From: Bacteroidales bacterium
GTDB lineage: Bacteria; Bacteroidota; Bacteroidia; Bacteroidales; WCHB1-69
Reading direction: 5' to 3'
Assembly: GCA_024400835.1 (NCBI GenBank)
Contig: JAKSMC010000015.1
Location: forward strand, 1,859 to 65,858
Length of the DNA stretch: 64,000 bases
In this document: positions 22,701 through 30,379 of the stretch, piece after piece
Position numbering within the stretch: position 1 is the stretch's first letter
How the letters are laid out: each line of letters opens with the position of its first letter
Translations under genes and position numbers: made by a program
Notes under the pieces: generated by a model
Database searches by the model: none
What the model saw: only the letters and a program-made list of their open reading frames with translations
What the model was told of the DNA's origin: nothing

Positions 22701-25103
22701 CGATTCATAGCGCAGAATGCAGTCGTAGAGGGAAAGTCCGTCGGCAGAATCCACATCGTGAAGCCCCTTCATATAGGTAATGAGGTTTTTGCGTTCCTCA
22801 AAGATGCGGTCGGCCGTATCTTTGTAGTTAGCGGGCGGCACGATATGGGCCACCTTAAGGGCTTTGTCGAGTTGTTCCAACACATGGCGTTTGGAAGCCT
22901 TGTTGGAGTGCAGTTCCAGGCAGAATGGGTCGAGGCCGATTTTGGCCAGACGGCTTTGCACCACGCTGAGGGCGGCCATCTTCTCGGCCACGAAAAGCAC
23001 GCGTTTGCCCTGATAGAGGGCGTTAGCAATCAGGTTCGTGATCGTCTGCGACTTGCCGGTGCCCGGAGGACCGTAGAGGATAAAGGAGTGTCCCTTGCCC
23101 CCTTCGATAACGGCGGCCAGCTGTGAGGAGTCCACCGGTACGGGCAGCGCCACCTCGGCAGGAGTAAGCGTCTGGTCGATGGTCTTCAAGTCCGTCGTCA
23201 GCGGTTCCGGTTTCCAAGTCAGGCGGTTCTCCACCAGGCTGTTGACGATATCATTCTGTTTGAGTTTCTCGCGGTTGTTGTGTACATCGTTCCACATCAG
23301 GAACTTGCTGAACGAGAAGGTGCCGAGCAGGCATTCCTCCTCCACATCCCAGCGGTTCTGGTTTTTCAAGGCGTCGCGCAGGGCGGCGAATATGAGAGGC
23401 ACATTCACACCGCTCTCGTCTTTCGGCAATGGACTAAGGCCATTCACCGAAATATCGTAATTCTGACGGAGGAACTCCATCAGTGTGATGTTAAGGGTAA
23501 TATCCTCCTCCCGGGTGCGGATGTAGTAATTTCCTTTTTTATAGACCATCTCCACCGGCAGCAGCAACAGCGGTGCATAGCGCGGCACCTCACTCTGCGG
23601 GGTCTCAAACCAGCGCAGCGTGCCTATGGTGAGGAACAGCGAGTTGGCGCCGGTCTCCTCAATGGCGTTGCGCGCCGCACGATAGATGTTCTTGAGCGTT
23701 GCCGCAGATTCGCTTTCCGTCTGATAGGTGTGCAAGCGGTGGTGTTCGATATCATTACGCACCAGATCTTTGAAACCGTCCAGCAATTTAGAACGGATCA
23801 GGCGCTCGGAGTTGTCAACATGGATATCCATGTCCGGTTTGGGCAGGATGCAGTACTCCTCGCCATCCTGCAGATGGTCTTCGATGCGATCCACATCGAA
23901 CGAGATGAATTGGACGGCCTTGCGGCGTAAATACAGGTTTAGCAGAGAGTTACGCAGAGAGAAGTCCAGCAGTTTGCGTTCCCAGATATCGAACTTCGTC
24001 AGCTCGCGTTGTGATTCGCTGAACTGGGAAAGGTCGTAGCGGTCGTGCTCGCGGATTTCCACCATGCAGGCATCATGTTCCACGCCTTCGCTTTCGAAGC
24101 CGGCGTTGTTTTGCGTGCGGGTCGGCAGCGGCAGGAAGCGTTCCAGGCGGCAGCGGCGGACATCAACAAACATCTCAAACTCTTCGTGTTTAGCAAGATG
24201 TTGTTCGGCAGCGTGCACAGCACCTTCAAAAGATGCTTGCTCATTGGTAACAATCGTGCTTTCCAACACCATCATCTCGTCAATGCCGCGCGAGCACTTC
24301 TTTTCGAGGAAAGAAGCATCATCGCAAATGCTGTAAGGACAGCTGTCATCCACCAGCCAGACAGCCAAGTAGGCGTGTCTATTTTGAAGGACGATTCCGC
24401 AGTTGATGCCCACACTTTCCAAAACGGAGGCAAAGAGCAGCGACAATTCAATACAATTGCCAATTTTGGTAGTCATGACCTGCTCGGGCATCGTAATGCG
24501 CTGGCCCACGGTCTCATAGCTGGCCGGCGACTCCTTATAGATGATGCCGGACTGGTGGATAGCGGCAAAGATGGCAGCCACCTGCGTACGAACATCCTGA
24601 CTATTGCCCGTTTGGTAGGCAACAAAAGCGGATTGGTTCGTGATAGTCTTCAGAATGCTCGCCGCCTTGACCACCAACGATTGGACCATCGGGTGGTTGG
24701 GCGTCACAAAGGAGACCAACGTTTGCGGCAGCACTGTAGTCCCCAACCACTGGTCGTACGCCATCAGCTCCAACGGATAGACCTGCTCAAACACTTTTTC
24801 CTCACCGGCCATCACCGTAATGGTGAACTCCGTCATCATCCGCTCGGTCAAGGCGACCAGTTGCTGGAGGTCCGGAACGATTTCAAAATCAGAAAAACGG
24901 AACGTCGCCTGGCCTTTGAGAGAAGGCAAGAGTGTGCTTTCGCTTTTACGCACGTATGCGCCCTCGCACAGCACTTTCAGGTCATTCACGGGCTCGTCCG
25001 TCGGGTTGAAGACTTCCACAAACTGACAGACGGGAATTCTATTGTGAAACAAGGCGTAGTTGACGACTTTGAAATATTCCAGTTGTACTTGAATGCTATT
25101 CAT
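19794..25103 (-). CDS. DUF4011 - SF1 (UPF1-like) helicase - Vsr/MTES_1575-like nuclease - DUF3320 protein (Hhe-type defence protein)
   Basis: 1769 aa. WERKLLDFSLRNSLLN (DUF4011), GPPGTGKSQT, DEASQ, GDPKQMPP, HYRS, VQGDERD, RRLNVAVSRAR; C-terminal VDVAI..LDG..RDRE..W.VMRVWS nuclease. Confidence 0.88.
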   Translation of the reverse strand: MNSIQVQLEYFKVVNYALFHNRIPVCQFVEVFNPTDEPVNDLKVLCEGAYVRKSESTLLPSLKGQATFRFSDFEIVPDLQQLVALTERMMTEFTITVMAGEEKVFEQVYPLELMAYDQWLGTTVLPQTLVSFVTPNHPMVQSLVVKAASILKTITNQSAFVAYQTGNSQDVRTQVAAIFAAIHQSGIIYKESPASYETVGQRITMPEQVMTTKIGNCIELSLLFASVLESVGINCGIVLQNRHAYLAVWLVDDSCPYSICDDASFLEKKCSRGIDEMMVLESTIVTNEQASFEGAVHAAEQHLAKHEEFEMFVDVRRCRLERFLPLPTRTQNNAGFESEGVEHDACMVEIREHDRYDLSQFSESQRELTKFDIWERKLLDFSLRNSLLNLYLRRKAVQFISFDVDRIEDHLQDGEEYCILPKPDMDIHVDNSERLIRSKLLDGFKDLVRNDIEHHRLHTYQTESESAATLKNIYRAARNAIEETGANSLFLTIGTLRWFETPQSEVPRYAPLLLLPVEMVYKKGNYYIRTREEDITLNITLMEFLRQNYDISVNGLSPLPKDESGVNVPLIFAALRDALKNQNRWDVEEECLLGTFSFSKFLMWNDVHNNREKLKQNDIVNSLVENRLTWKPEPLTTDLKTIDQTLTPAEVALPVPVDSSQLAAVIEGGKGHSFILYGPPGTGKSQTITNLIANALYQGKRVLFVAEKMAALSVVQSRLAKIGLDPFCLELHSNKASKRHVLEQLDKALKVAHIVPPANYKDTADRIFEERKNLITYMKGLHDVDSADGLSLYDCILRYESVNAELLKGEVLNPTLDQLVAKEGFAAVEELLGGKLDAVVKLVGQPSKHPLKGLRLDNEERKPSSELTARMKEDLQYLSDCRQRREELKDTKSLREQLLRDNDPSIFQTDSKALYDEWRKAKAKWFLPRIFAKKNFIKKLQTYNQYIVENDIDALLENLISYQRKHNEIEKVRSIMTCYFQETGEEDVLPKEERMQAACQDLQRWIDNAPQMRDWLHWSLYAEELKTKGLASVVEAFENGEFTPADLRDSFIKTFFQQKAMVKMESSPLLSAFEGMIFDERVKIYARLTEEFQMLTQKELYARLAARVPRVSDNVDASSEIGLLNRNVSNGGRGLSLRDLFDQIPTLLPRLCPCMLMSPMSVAQYLDLTQDKFDLVVFDEASQMPTSEAVGAIARGKALIVVGDPKQMPPTSFFSSTNVDEEEAAIDDMESILEDCRTLEMPSLQLNWHYRSRHESLIAFSNNEYYDGSLITFPSVDDHTTKVKYVPVDGYYDKGGKRSNRKEAEAIVNEIKHRLSDPKLCQQSIGVIAFSVVQQSLIEDLLVDLLDQNKELHEAADAMYEPIFVKNLENVQGDERDVILFSIGYGPDKEGKVSMNFGPLNNSGGERRLNVAVSRARQEMIVYSTLRAAQVDLRRSKAKGVEGLKHFLEYAETQSLVTSVATSVDTQDVIVAEQIAKELKKMGYVADTEIGRSHFKVDVAIAEKSSPDAYKLGILLDGTGYRDTQTTRDREIVQPSVLNSLNWQVMRVWSVDWFNNPQRVLDRIVERMQSDKPNEPAPVKQVFDVSKEAVVMAMESNHAKPYQEINLTPAEAAHFSDKALVENILKVEQPISFALLCRRVCALRELGRVTPTLQRTLAEVISRSFFVEFENQGQTIWLTEEDSNNYPWYRPNSSRDITDVPMAEIKNVVLESIQEQFAIQMDSLTLLAAKKLGFTRRGANVDTAFKDAVQQLKASGQIDEQDCKLKIHE

Positions 25104-25232
25104 GACAGGGTTTTATTTGGTTGAAAGAATCTTTAAAATAAGGAGGGCAAAAATAAGAAAATAATCGTTGGCAAAAACAGAATCGTATTGTTTTTTCGGG
25201 ATGTGAAATTTGCCATAATGTCGCCGTATATT

Positions 25233-25308
25233 GTAGAGACGGTGCGCGACGCATCGGTAGAGACGGTGTGCGACGCGTTTGTAGAGACGGTGTGCACACC
25301 GTCTCTAC
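25233..25308. repeat. REP array: two half-REP units (24-bp period) plus perfect palindrome GTAGAGACGGTGTGCACACCGTCTCTAC (25281-25308)
   Basis: GTAGAGACG at 25233, 25257 and 25281. Confidence 0.92.
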
Positions 25309-25446
25309 GGTGGATCATCGAAAAATTCCACGTTTGTAAAAACGTCATCCAACCGCCATTTGTTTTTTAATCATTAATATTTGTTAAATATTTGTTTTGT
25401 TTAAATTAAAAAAAACATTATATTTGCAATCAGAAAACAAAATAAT

Positions 25447-26145
25447 ATGTCAGACGATAAATTCATAAACAAATACCGTATTCCATCGGCCCGTGCGCCC
25501 TGGCACGGATATGATGGCGGGGCATATTTCGTCACGATATGCACGCAACAACGGAAACATTATTTCGGGGAAATTGGGAAACAAATATTATGCGACGCAT
25601 CGGTAGAGACGGTGCGCGACGCATCGGTAGAGACGGTGTGCACACCGTCTCTACGGCAGGGCGAACCGCAAATGCAATTATCCCCCATCGGGAAATACGC
25701 CCACGAACAATTTGCGAATGTCACCGAACATTATCCATACGCCGAAATCCCGTTGTTCGTCATAATGCCCAACCATATCCACGCCGTGGTGTTGGTGGAT
25801 GGAAAATGTTGGGAATCAAATAAAAATCCCCCGATGAAATGCAAAGACGGCGTCCCGAAATGTAGAGACGGTGTGCACACCGTCTCTACAAACGCGGCAC
25901 GATGGAAATCATTCATTGTTAATAAATCAATGCAAAACATTTCACGACAAAAAGGGCCATTATCCGTCATTATTGGCGGTCTGAAACGGTCAATCACGCG
26001 TTACGCAAATGAACACCACATCCCATTCGCCTGGCAAACCCGTTTCCACGATCATATCATCCGCAATCAGGATGAAATGAACCGCATTGCGTTGTACATT
26101 GAACAAAATGTCGCGAAATGGGACGAGGATGAATTTGCGAAATAA
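25447..26145 (+). CDS. REP-associated tyrosine transposase (RAYT/TnpA-REP, Y1 HUH family) no. 1
   Basis: YRIPSAR..W.Y..G.YFVTICT, MPNHIH (HUH), WQTRFHDHIIR, catalytic YI..N. Surrounded by GTAG palindromes; no tnpB. Confidence 0.9.
   Translation: MSDDKFINKYRIPSARAPWHGYDGGAYFVTICTQQRKHYFGEIGKQILCDASVETVRDASVETVCTPSLRQGEPQMQLSPIGKYAHEQFANVTEHYPYAEIPLFVIMPNHIHAVVLVDGKCWESNKNPPMKCKDGVPKCRDGVHTVSTNAARWKSFIVNKSMQNISRQKGPLSVIIGGLKRSITRYANEHHIPFAWQTRFHDHIIRNQDEMNRIALYIEQNVAKWDEDEFAK
25591..25654. repeat. In-frame REP array inside RAYT1 (full REP 25627-25654)
   Basis: Encodes CDASVETVRDASVETVCTPSL; near-identical to the upstream array. Confidence 0.92.
25841..25890. repeat. In-frame REP inside RAYT1 (25862-25889) with degenerate half copy 21 bp upstream
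   Basis: Encodes CKDGVPKCRDGVHTVST, downstream of the HUH motif. Confidence 0.9.
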
Positions 26146-26179
26146 TGCAGGGACGTGACGGACAATTGCGGCGACGGAC

Positions 26180-26229
26180 GATTGGGGATTGTAGAGACGC
26201 GGTGCACCACGTCTCTACAATCCCCAATC
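26180..26229. repeat. REP (26191-26218, centre CGGTGCACCA) with 11-bp extended inverted arms
   Basis: GATTGGGGATT-REP-AATCCCCAATC between convergent genes. Confidence 0.9.
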
Positions 26230-26247
26230 AACCACGCCCCCTATACA

Positions 26248-26874
26248 TTACAACCACCGTGCCACGCATCTAAACCCATAACGGGTTTCGGTCGTTTCCG
26301 TCGGCAGCGTGAAAATCAGCCATTGCAAACAATTGTCGCAATCCCCTGCTGTAGAGACGGTGTGCACACCGTCTCTACAACCACAATGCACACCGTCTCT
26401 ACCATCATTGTTTTGGATGGTAAAAAAATTGTCCGCATTCTGTTCCGAATTCCATTCCCGCAATTTCAGCTGCACCAGCATATATTCCGCCACGCGGTCG
26501 GTGCGCCAGCAGCAGTAGGCGCGGGCCTGCTCGGGGTTCACCCCAAACACAGGGAAGTGCCTATATGCTGGATTCGTCAGATAAGCCGTCGGTTCGGTAA
26601 ACGAGACCTGCTGGCGAATGATGTTCGTGTCGGGCATAGCGGCGAGGTATTCGGGAGACTCCTTGCCGTAAATTTGCGCCAACCAGAACTGGTATTCCAT
26701 CCAATCGATCACGAGGATGTCATCTTTATCGTAATAAATGGAATCCGCAACCATTTGCATATTCACGCCAGCCGGGACCTTCTTCTGGTAATTCTTCAGG
26801 GTTAGGTGCTGCGCCGAAAGCGTCAAGTTGCCAGCAAACAGCAACAACATCAAAAAGGGGGAACATTTCATCAT
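26248..26874 (-). CDS. Secreted FGE-sulfatase/SUMF1 (GldK-like) domain protein with in-frame REP
   Basis: Signal peptide; FPVFGVNPEQARAYCCWRT, TLPTE and YGFRCV motifs. Confidence 0.65.
   Translation of the reverse strand: MMKCSPFLMLLLFAGNLTLSAQHLTLKNYQKKVPAGVNMQMVADSIYYDKDDILVIDWMEYQFWLAQIYGKESPEYLAAMPDTNIIRQQVSFTEPTAYLTNPAYRHFPVFGVNPEQARAYCCWRTDRVAEYMLVQLKLREWNSEQNADNFFTIQNNDGRDGVHCGCRDGVHTVSTAGDCDNCLQWLIFTLPTETTETRYGFRCVARWL
26350..26402. repeat. In-frame REP (26351-26378) plus half copy (26387-26402, 24-bp period)
   Basis: Encodes GRDGVHCGCRDGVHTVST on the minus strand. Confidence 0.92.
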
Positions 26875-27084
26875 AGCCACAAAATTTCAGTTCACAGATC
26901 ACTATTCACTAATATTTAAACGTAAAAAAGGAAGGAAATCTTGGGGCAATTGACAGAAACTGTCAAAAACACATTGATTTTAGGATAATTGCACAAAGAT
27001 AGCGATTAATTGCTATTTTTGCGCTGTTTTTTGCCAATTATGAAATTGAAATTGTAAAACAGGCGCCGGTTGTCGTACGGCGCA

Positions 27085-27118
27085 ATCGTAGAGACGGTGT
27101 GCACACCGTCTCTACGAT
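27085..27118. repeat. REP palindrome upstream of hsdM (core 27088-27115)
   Basis: ATC-GTAGAGACGGTGTGCACACCGTCTCTAC-GAT, a perfect 34-bp palindrome. Confidence 0.92.
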
Positions 27119-27174
27119 GGGAAACGACGAAAAAACGAGGTTTTAATGCCCTATTTTAATTAAAACACAAAGGA

Positions 27175-28788
27175 ATGGCTAAAAAAATCATACAACCCAA
27201 AAGTATGGAAGAGGCGCTGTGGGAAGCGTGCAATAAGCTCCGCGGTTCCATTGAAAGTTCAGAATACAAACACGTGGTGCTCAGCTTAATATTCTTGAAA
27301 TATGCCGGCGATCATTTCGAAAAGCGCCGTCAGGAAATTGTGGCGGAAGGACACGAGGCCTTCGACGACAACGTGGCTTTCTATGCCGCCAAGAACGTGT
27401 TCTACCTGGCGCCCGAGAGCCGTTGGGACTACATTATGGAAAACGCCAAGCAGCCCGACATCGCGCTGAAAATCGACAAGGCGCTGTCGGAAGTGGAACG
27501 GCAGAACAAGCAGTTGAAAGGCGCGCTGCCCAACAACTACTACGCCAATCTCGGTCTCGACACTTCCAAATTGGCATCCCTCTTGGATGAAGTGAACAAA
27601 ATCGACACGCTCAAGGACGAAGAGAACGACCTTATCGGACGCGTTTATGAATATTTCTTGGGGAAATTCGCCATTGCGGAAGGCAAGGGCAAGGGGGAAT
27701 TCTACACGCCTAAGTGCATTGTAAACCTTATCGCCGAAATGATTGAGCCGTACGAAGGCAAGATTTACGACCCTTGCTGCGGTTCGGGCGGTATGTTCGT
27801 GCAGTCGCTCAAGTTCATCTCCGCGCACCACGGAAACCGCAAGAACGTCTCCATTTACGGACAGGAATACACCAAGACCACCTACAAGCTGGCGAAGATG
27901 AACCTCGCCATCCGTGGCATCGCCTCCAACTTGGGCGAGAGCGAGGCCGACACTTTCCGCAACGACCAGCACCGCGACCTGAAGGCCGACTACATCATGG
28001 CCAATCCGCCGTTCAACCAGAAGGCGTGGCGCGAGGAAAGCGAGCTGACCAACGACCCGCGCTGGGCGGGCTATGACGTGCCACCCACCAGCAACGCCAA
28101 CTACGGCTGGATTCTGAATATGGTGTCAAAGCTGAGCTGCGACGGCGTGGCAGGCTTCATTCTGGCCAACGGGGCGTTGAGCGCCGACGGCACCGAGTAC
28201 GCCATCCGCAAGAAGATGCTGGAACGCGGACTGGTGGAAGCCATCCTCATTCTGCCCCGCAACCTATTCTACACCACCGACATCAGCGTAACGCTGTGGA
28301 TTCTGAACAACAACAAGAAAGCCCGCGTGGCCAACCGCAACGGCGAAGAGGTGCATTACCGCGACCGCGAAAAGGAGGTGCTGTTCATGGACCTGCGCCA
28401 GATGGGTTCGCCATACGAAAAGAAATACGTGCAATTGACGGCCGACGACATTGCCCGTGTGGCACGCACCTACCATACCTGGCAACGCATTCCCTGTAGG
28501 GACGCGGTGCAATGTGGAGACGCGGTGCACCACGTCTCCACAGACAATACCGGCAATTACCACAATATCCCCGAATATTGTTATTCCGCCACCTTCGATG
28601 AAATTGCGGAGAAAAATTTCTCGCTGGTGCCCAGCAAATACATCGAATTCGTGAACCGCGATGAGCAGATCGATTTCGACAGCAAGATGAAACAGTTGCA
28701 AAGCGAAATGAAGGAACTGCTGGCGGAAGAGGAAAAATCGAAGAAAGAACTGAAGGAATTGTTCGAGAAATTGGGATATAAAATTTGA
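27175..28788 (+). CDS. hsdM: Type I RM methyltransferase subunit M
   Basis: GEFYTP, YDPCCGSGGMF (motif I), ANPPF (motif IV). Confidence 0.95.
   Translation: MAKKIIQPKSMEEALWEACNKLRGSIESSEYKHVVLSLIFLKYAGDHFEKRRQEIVAEGHEAFDDNVAFYAAKNVFYLAPESRWDYIMENAKQPDIALKIDKALSEVERQNKQLKGALPNNYYANLGLDTSKLASLLDEVNKIDTLKDEENDLIGRVYEYFLGKFAIAEGKGKGEFYTPKCIVNLIAEMIEPYEGKIYDPCCGSGGMFVQSLKFISAHHGNRKNVSIYGQEYTKTTYKLAKMNLAIRGIASNLGESEADTFRNDQHRDLKADYIMANPPFNQKAWREESELTNDPRWAGYDVPPTSNANYGWILNMVSKLSCDGVAGFILANGALSADGTEYAIRKKMLERGLVEAILILPRNLFYTTDISVTLWILNNNKKARVANRNGEEVHYRDREKEVLFMDLRQMGSPYEKKYVQLTADDIARVARTYHTWQRIPCRDAVQCGDAVHHVSTDNTGNYHNIPEYCYSATFDEIAEKNFSLVPSKYIEFVNRDEQIDFDSKMKQLQSEMKELLAEEEKSKKELKELFEKLGYKI
28495..28542. 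repeat. In-frame variant REP inside hsdM (28514-28541) plus half copy (18-bp period)
   Basis: GTGGAGACGCGGTGCACCACGTCTCCAC; encodes CRDAVQCGDAVHHVST. Confidence 0.88.
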
Positions 28789-28825
28789 TAATTCTTGCTA
28801 ATTGTTGCAAAATTAGCAAGAATTT
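28786..28825. repeat. 40-bp direct repeat copy 1 containing a 14-7-14 palindrome
   Basis: TGATAATTCTTGCTAATTGTTGCAAAATTAGCAAGAATTT, identical to 30154-30193. Confidence 0.92.
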
Positions 28826-28851
28826 TATATCTTTGCCGAAAATTTTTAAAG

Positions 28852-30156
28852 ATGATAGAACGCGCACCAAAGATTGAAAAAAAGGTTCTTAATGATGCCT
28901 TAATGGGAATCAGCAGTCCTGAAATCGAGGCGTTGGTTGATAAAATCAACGACACCTACGAATATTGGGACAAGGTGAAATACAAAGACACCACATCGTT
29001 GGGTATTTCGGCAGAAACTTTATGGAGCCACGTCAAGATTTCGCGTATGAAATCTTGGATTGTGGTATGGAAAAGATACGGAATCCGGCTTGGAGTCACG
29101 AATCAAATGCAGCGCTTATGTCACGAATTTGATATGCTGTTTGGCAGTTTTTGGGAGACAGACGATTCATCCGCCAAGGAGAAGACGTATTATCTGGCCA
29201 GCTCGTTGATGGAAGAGGCCATCTTTTCCAGCAAAATGGAAGGGGCTTCCACCACGCGCCTTAAAGCCAAAGAGATGTTAAAGAAGAACATCTCGCCCAA
29301 GAACAAGTCGCAGCAGATGATTGTGAACAATTATCGTACGATTCAATACATTTCCGAACGTAAAAACGAACCGCTGACGGAAGAAGGCTTGCGGTACATT
29401 CATCAATTGATGACCGAAAACACCTTGGAAAACGCTCACGATGCAGGTCGCTTTAGAACTCAAGAGGATAATGTGGTAGTTGAAGAGGGCATCAGCCACG
29501 AGGTGGTGCACACGCCGCCGCCAGCAGAAGATTTGCCAGATTTCGTTAAAGATTTATGCGTCTTTTTCAACACTAACGACGAAACGAAGTTCATCCATCC
29601 CATCATCAAAGGCATTGTCATTCACTTTATGATTGCCTATATGCATCCTTTTGTAGATGGCAACGGACGTACGGCAAGGGCGCTTTTCTATTGGTATATG
29701 TTGAAGGAGAAATACTGGCTGACGGAATATATGTCCATTTCCAGAATTATTGCGGAATCTAAAAGGTCGTATGAGAAGTCGTTTTTGTACACGGAGTGTG
29801 ACGACAAGGACCTCGGATATTTCGTAACCTATAATCTAAGGGCGCTGCAGCTGTCGTTTGAGCAGTTGAAACAATATATAGAACGTAAGCAGAATGAGAA
29901 AAAAGCCGCCAACGCGTTTATTATGATTGGCGGAATCAATGAGCGGCAGGCGCAAATCATACACTATTTCCAAACCAATCCGGATGCGGTGGTGACAGTA
30001 AAGGAAATGCAAGACAGGTTTATCATCACACAAATGACGGCAAGAAGGGATTTGACCGAACTGGTTGAAAATGGCTATCTTAAAGAGGTGGCCATCAACA
30101 AGGTAAAGCGAGGATATTTAAGAAGCGAGGAATTTGAAGATAAATTTAAAAAATGA
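28852..30156 (+). CDS. Fic-domain protein with C-terminal HTH
   Basis: Canonical HPFVDGNGRTAR; SSKMEG inhibitory-helix-like motif; C-terminal TARRDLTEL HTH. Confidence 0.9.
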   Translation: MIERAPKIEKKVLNDALMGISSPEIEALVDKINDTYEYWDKVKYKDTTSLGISAETLWSHVKISRMKSWIVVWKRYGIRLGVTNQMQRLCHEFDMLFGSFWETDDSSAKEKTYYLASSLMEEAIFSSKMEGASTTRLKAKEMLKKNISPKNKSQQMIVNNYRTIQYISERKNEPLTEEGLRYIHQLMTENTLENAHDAGRFRTQEDNVVVEEGISHEVVHTPPPAEDLPDFVKDLCVFFNTNDETKFIHPIIKGIVIHFMIAYMHPFVDGNGRTARALFYWYMLKEKYWLTEYMSISRIIAESKRSYEKSFLYTECDDKDLGYFVTYNLRALQLSFEQLKQYIERKQNEKKAANAFIMIGGINERQAQIIHYFQTNPDAVVTVKEMQDRFIITQMTARRDLTELVENGYLKEVAINKVKRGYLRSEEFEDKFKK

Positions 30157-30193
30157 TAATTCTTGCTAATTGTTGCAAAATTAGCAAGAATTT
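30154..30193. repeat. 40-bp direct repeat copy 2
   Basis: Identical to 28786-28825; starts on the Fic stop codon TGA. Confidence 0.92.
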
Positions 30194-30209
30194 GCCAATA
30201 TTCATCCTT

Positions 30210-30264
30210 GTAGAGACGTGGCGCAATTTAACGATTGTAGAGACGTTGCGCGCAACGTCTCTAC
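30210..30264. repeat. REP (30237-30264, centre TTGCGCGCAA) plus half copy 27 bp upstream
   Basis: Perfect 28-bp palindrome read directly. Confidence 0.92.
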
Positions 30265-30379
30265 CGACAACCGAAACAAACAAAAACATTCCAATTTTGC
30301 AAACATTGGAAAGAATTGATGAGACAACACGAATGACGAAATTGGCTGTTAACCTAACAATTTGAGACAATTAAAAACG

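Noticed and set aside
25233-25308. REP tandem arrays (also 37233-37351) as CRISPR arrays
   Set aside because: There are no unique 30-40-nt spacers between full repeats, the units are partial copies of one palindrome, and no cas genes are present.
25447-26145. RAYT genes as IS200/IS605 insertion sequences
   Set aside because: No tnpB and no defined LE/RE ends. The N-terminal and WQ..(F/Y)HDHIIR motifs plus GTAG palindromes fit RAYT better.
26155-26805. Plus-strand 216-aa ORF and other short ORFs containing VET../CRD.. peptides (25096-25370, 30153-30365, 41080-41694)
   Set aside because: Open frames arise from the stop-poor REPs and antisense overlap; no independent coding evidence.
27077-27090. 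14-bp match of the REP left flank (ACGGCGCAATCGTA) to the reverse complement of 54551-54564
   Set aside because: It includes 3 REP bases and is short enough to be chance given ~20 flanks examined. Worth re-testing only if the hppA-type capture proves general.
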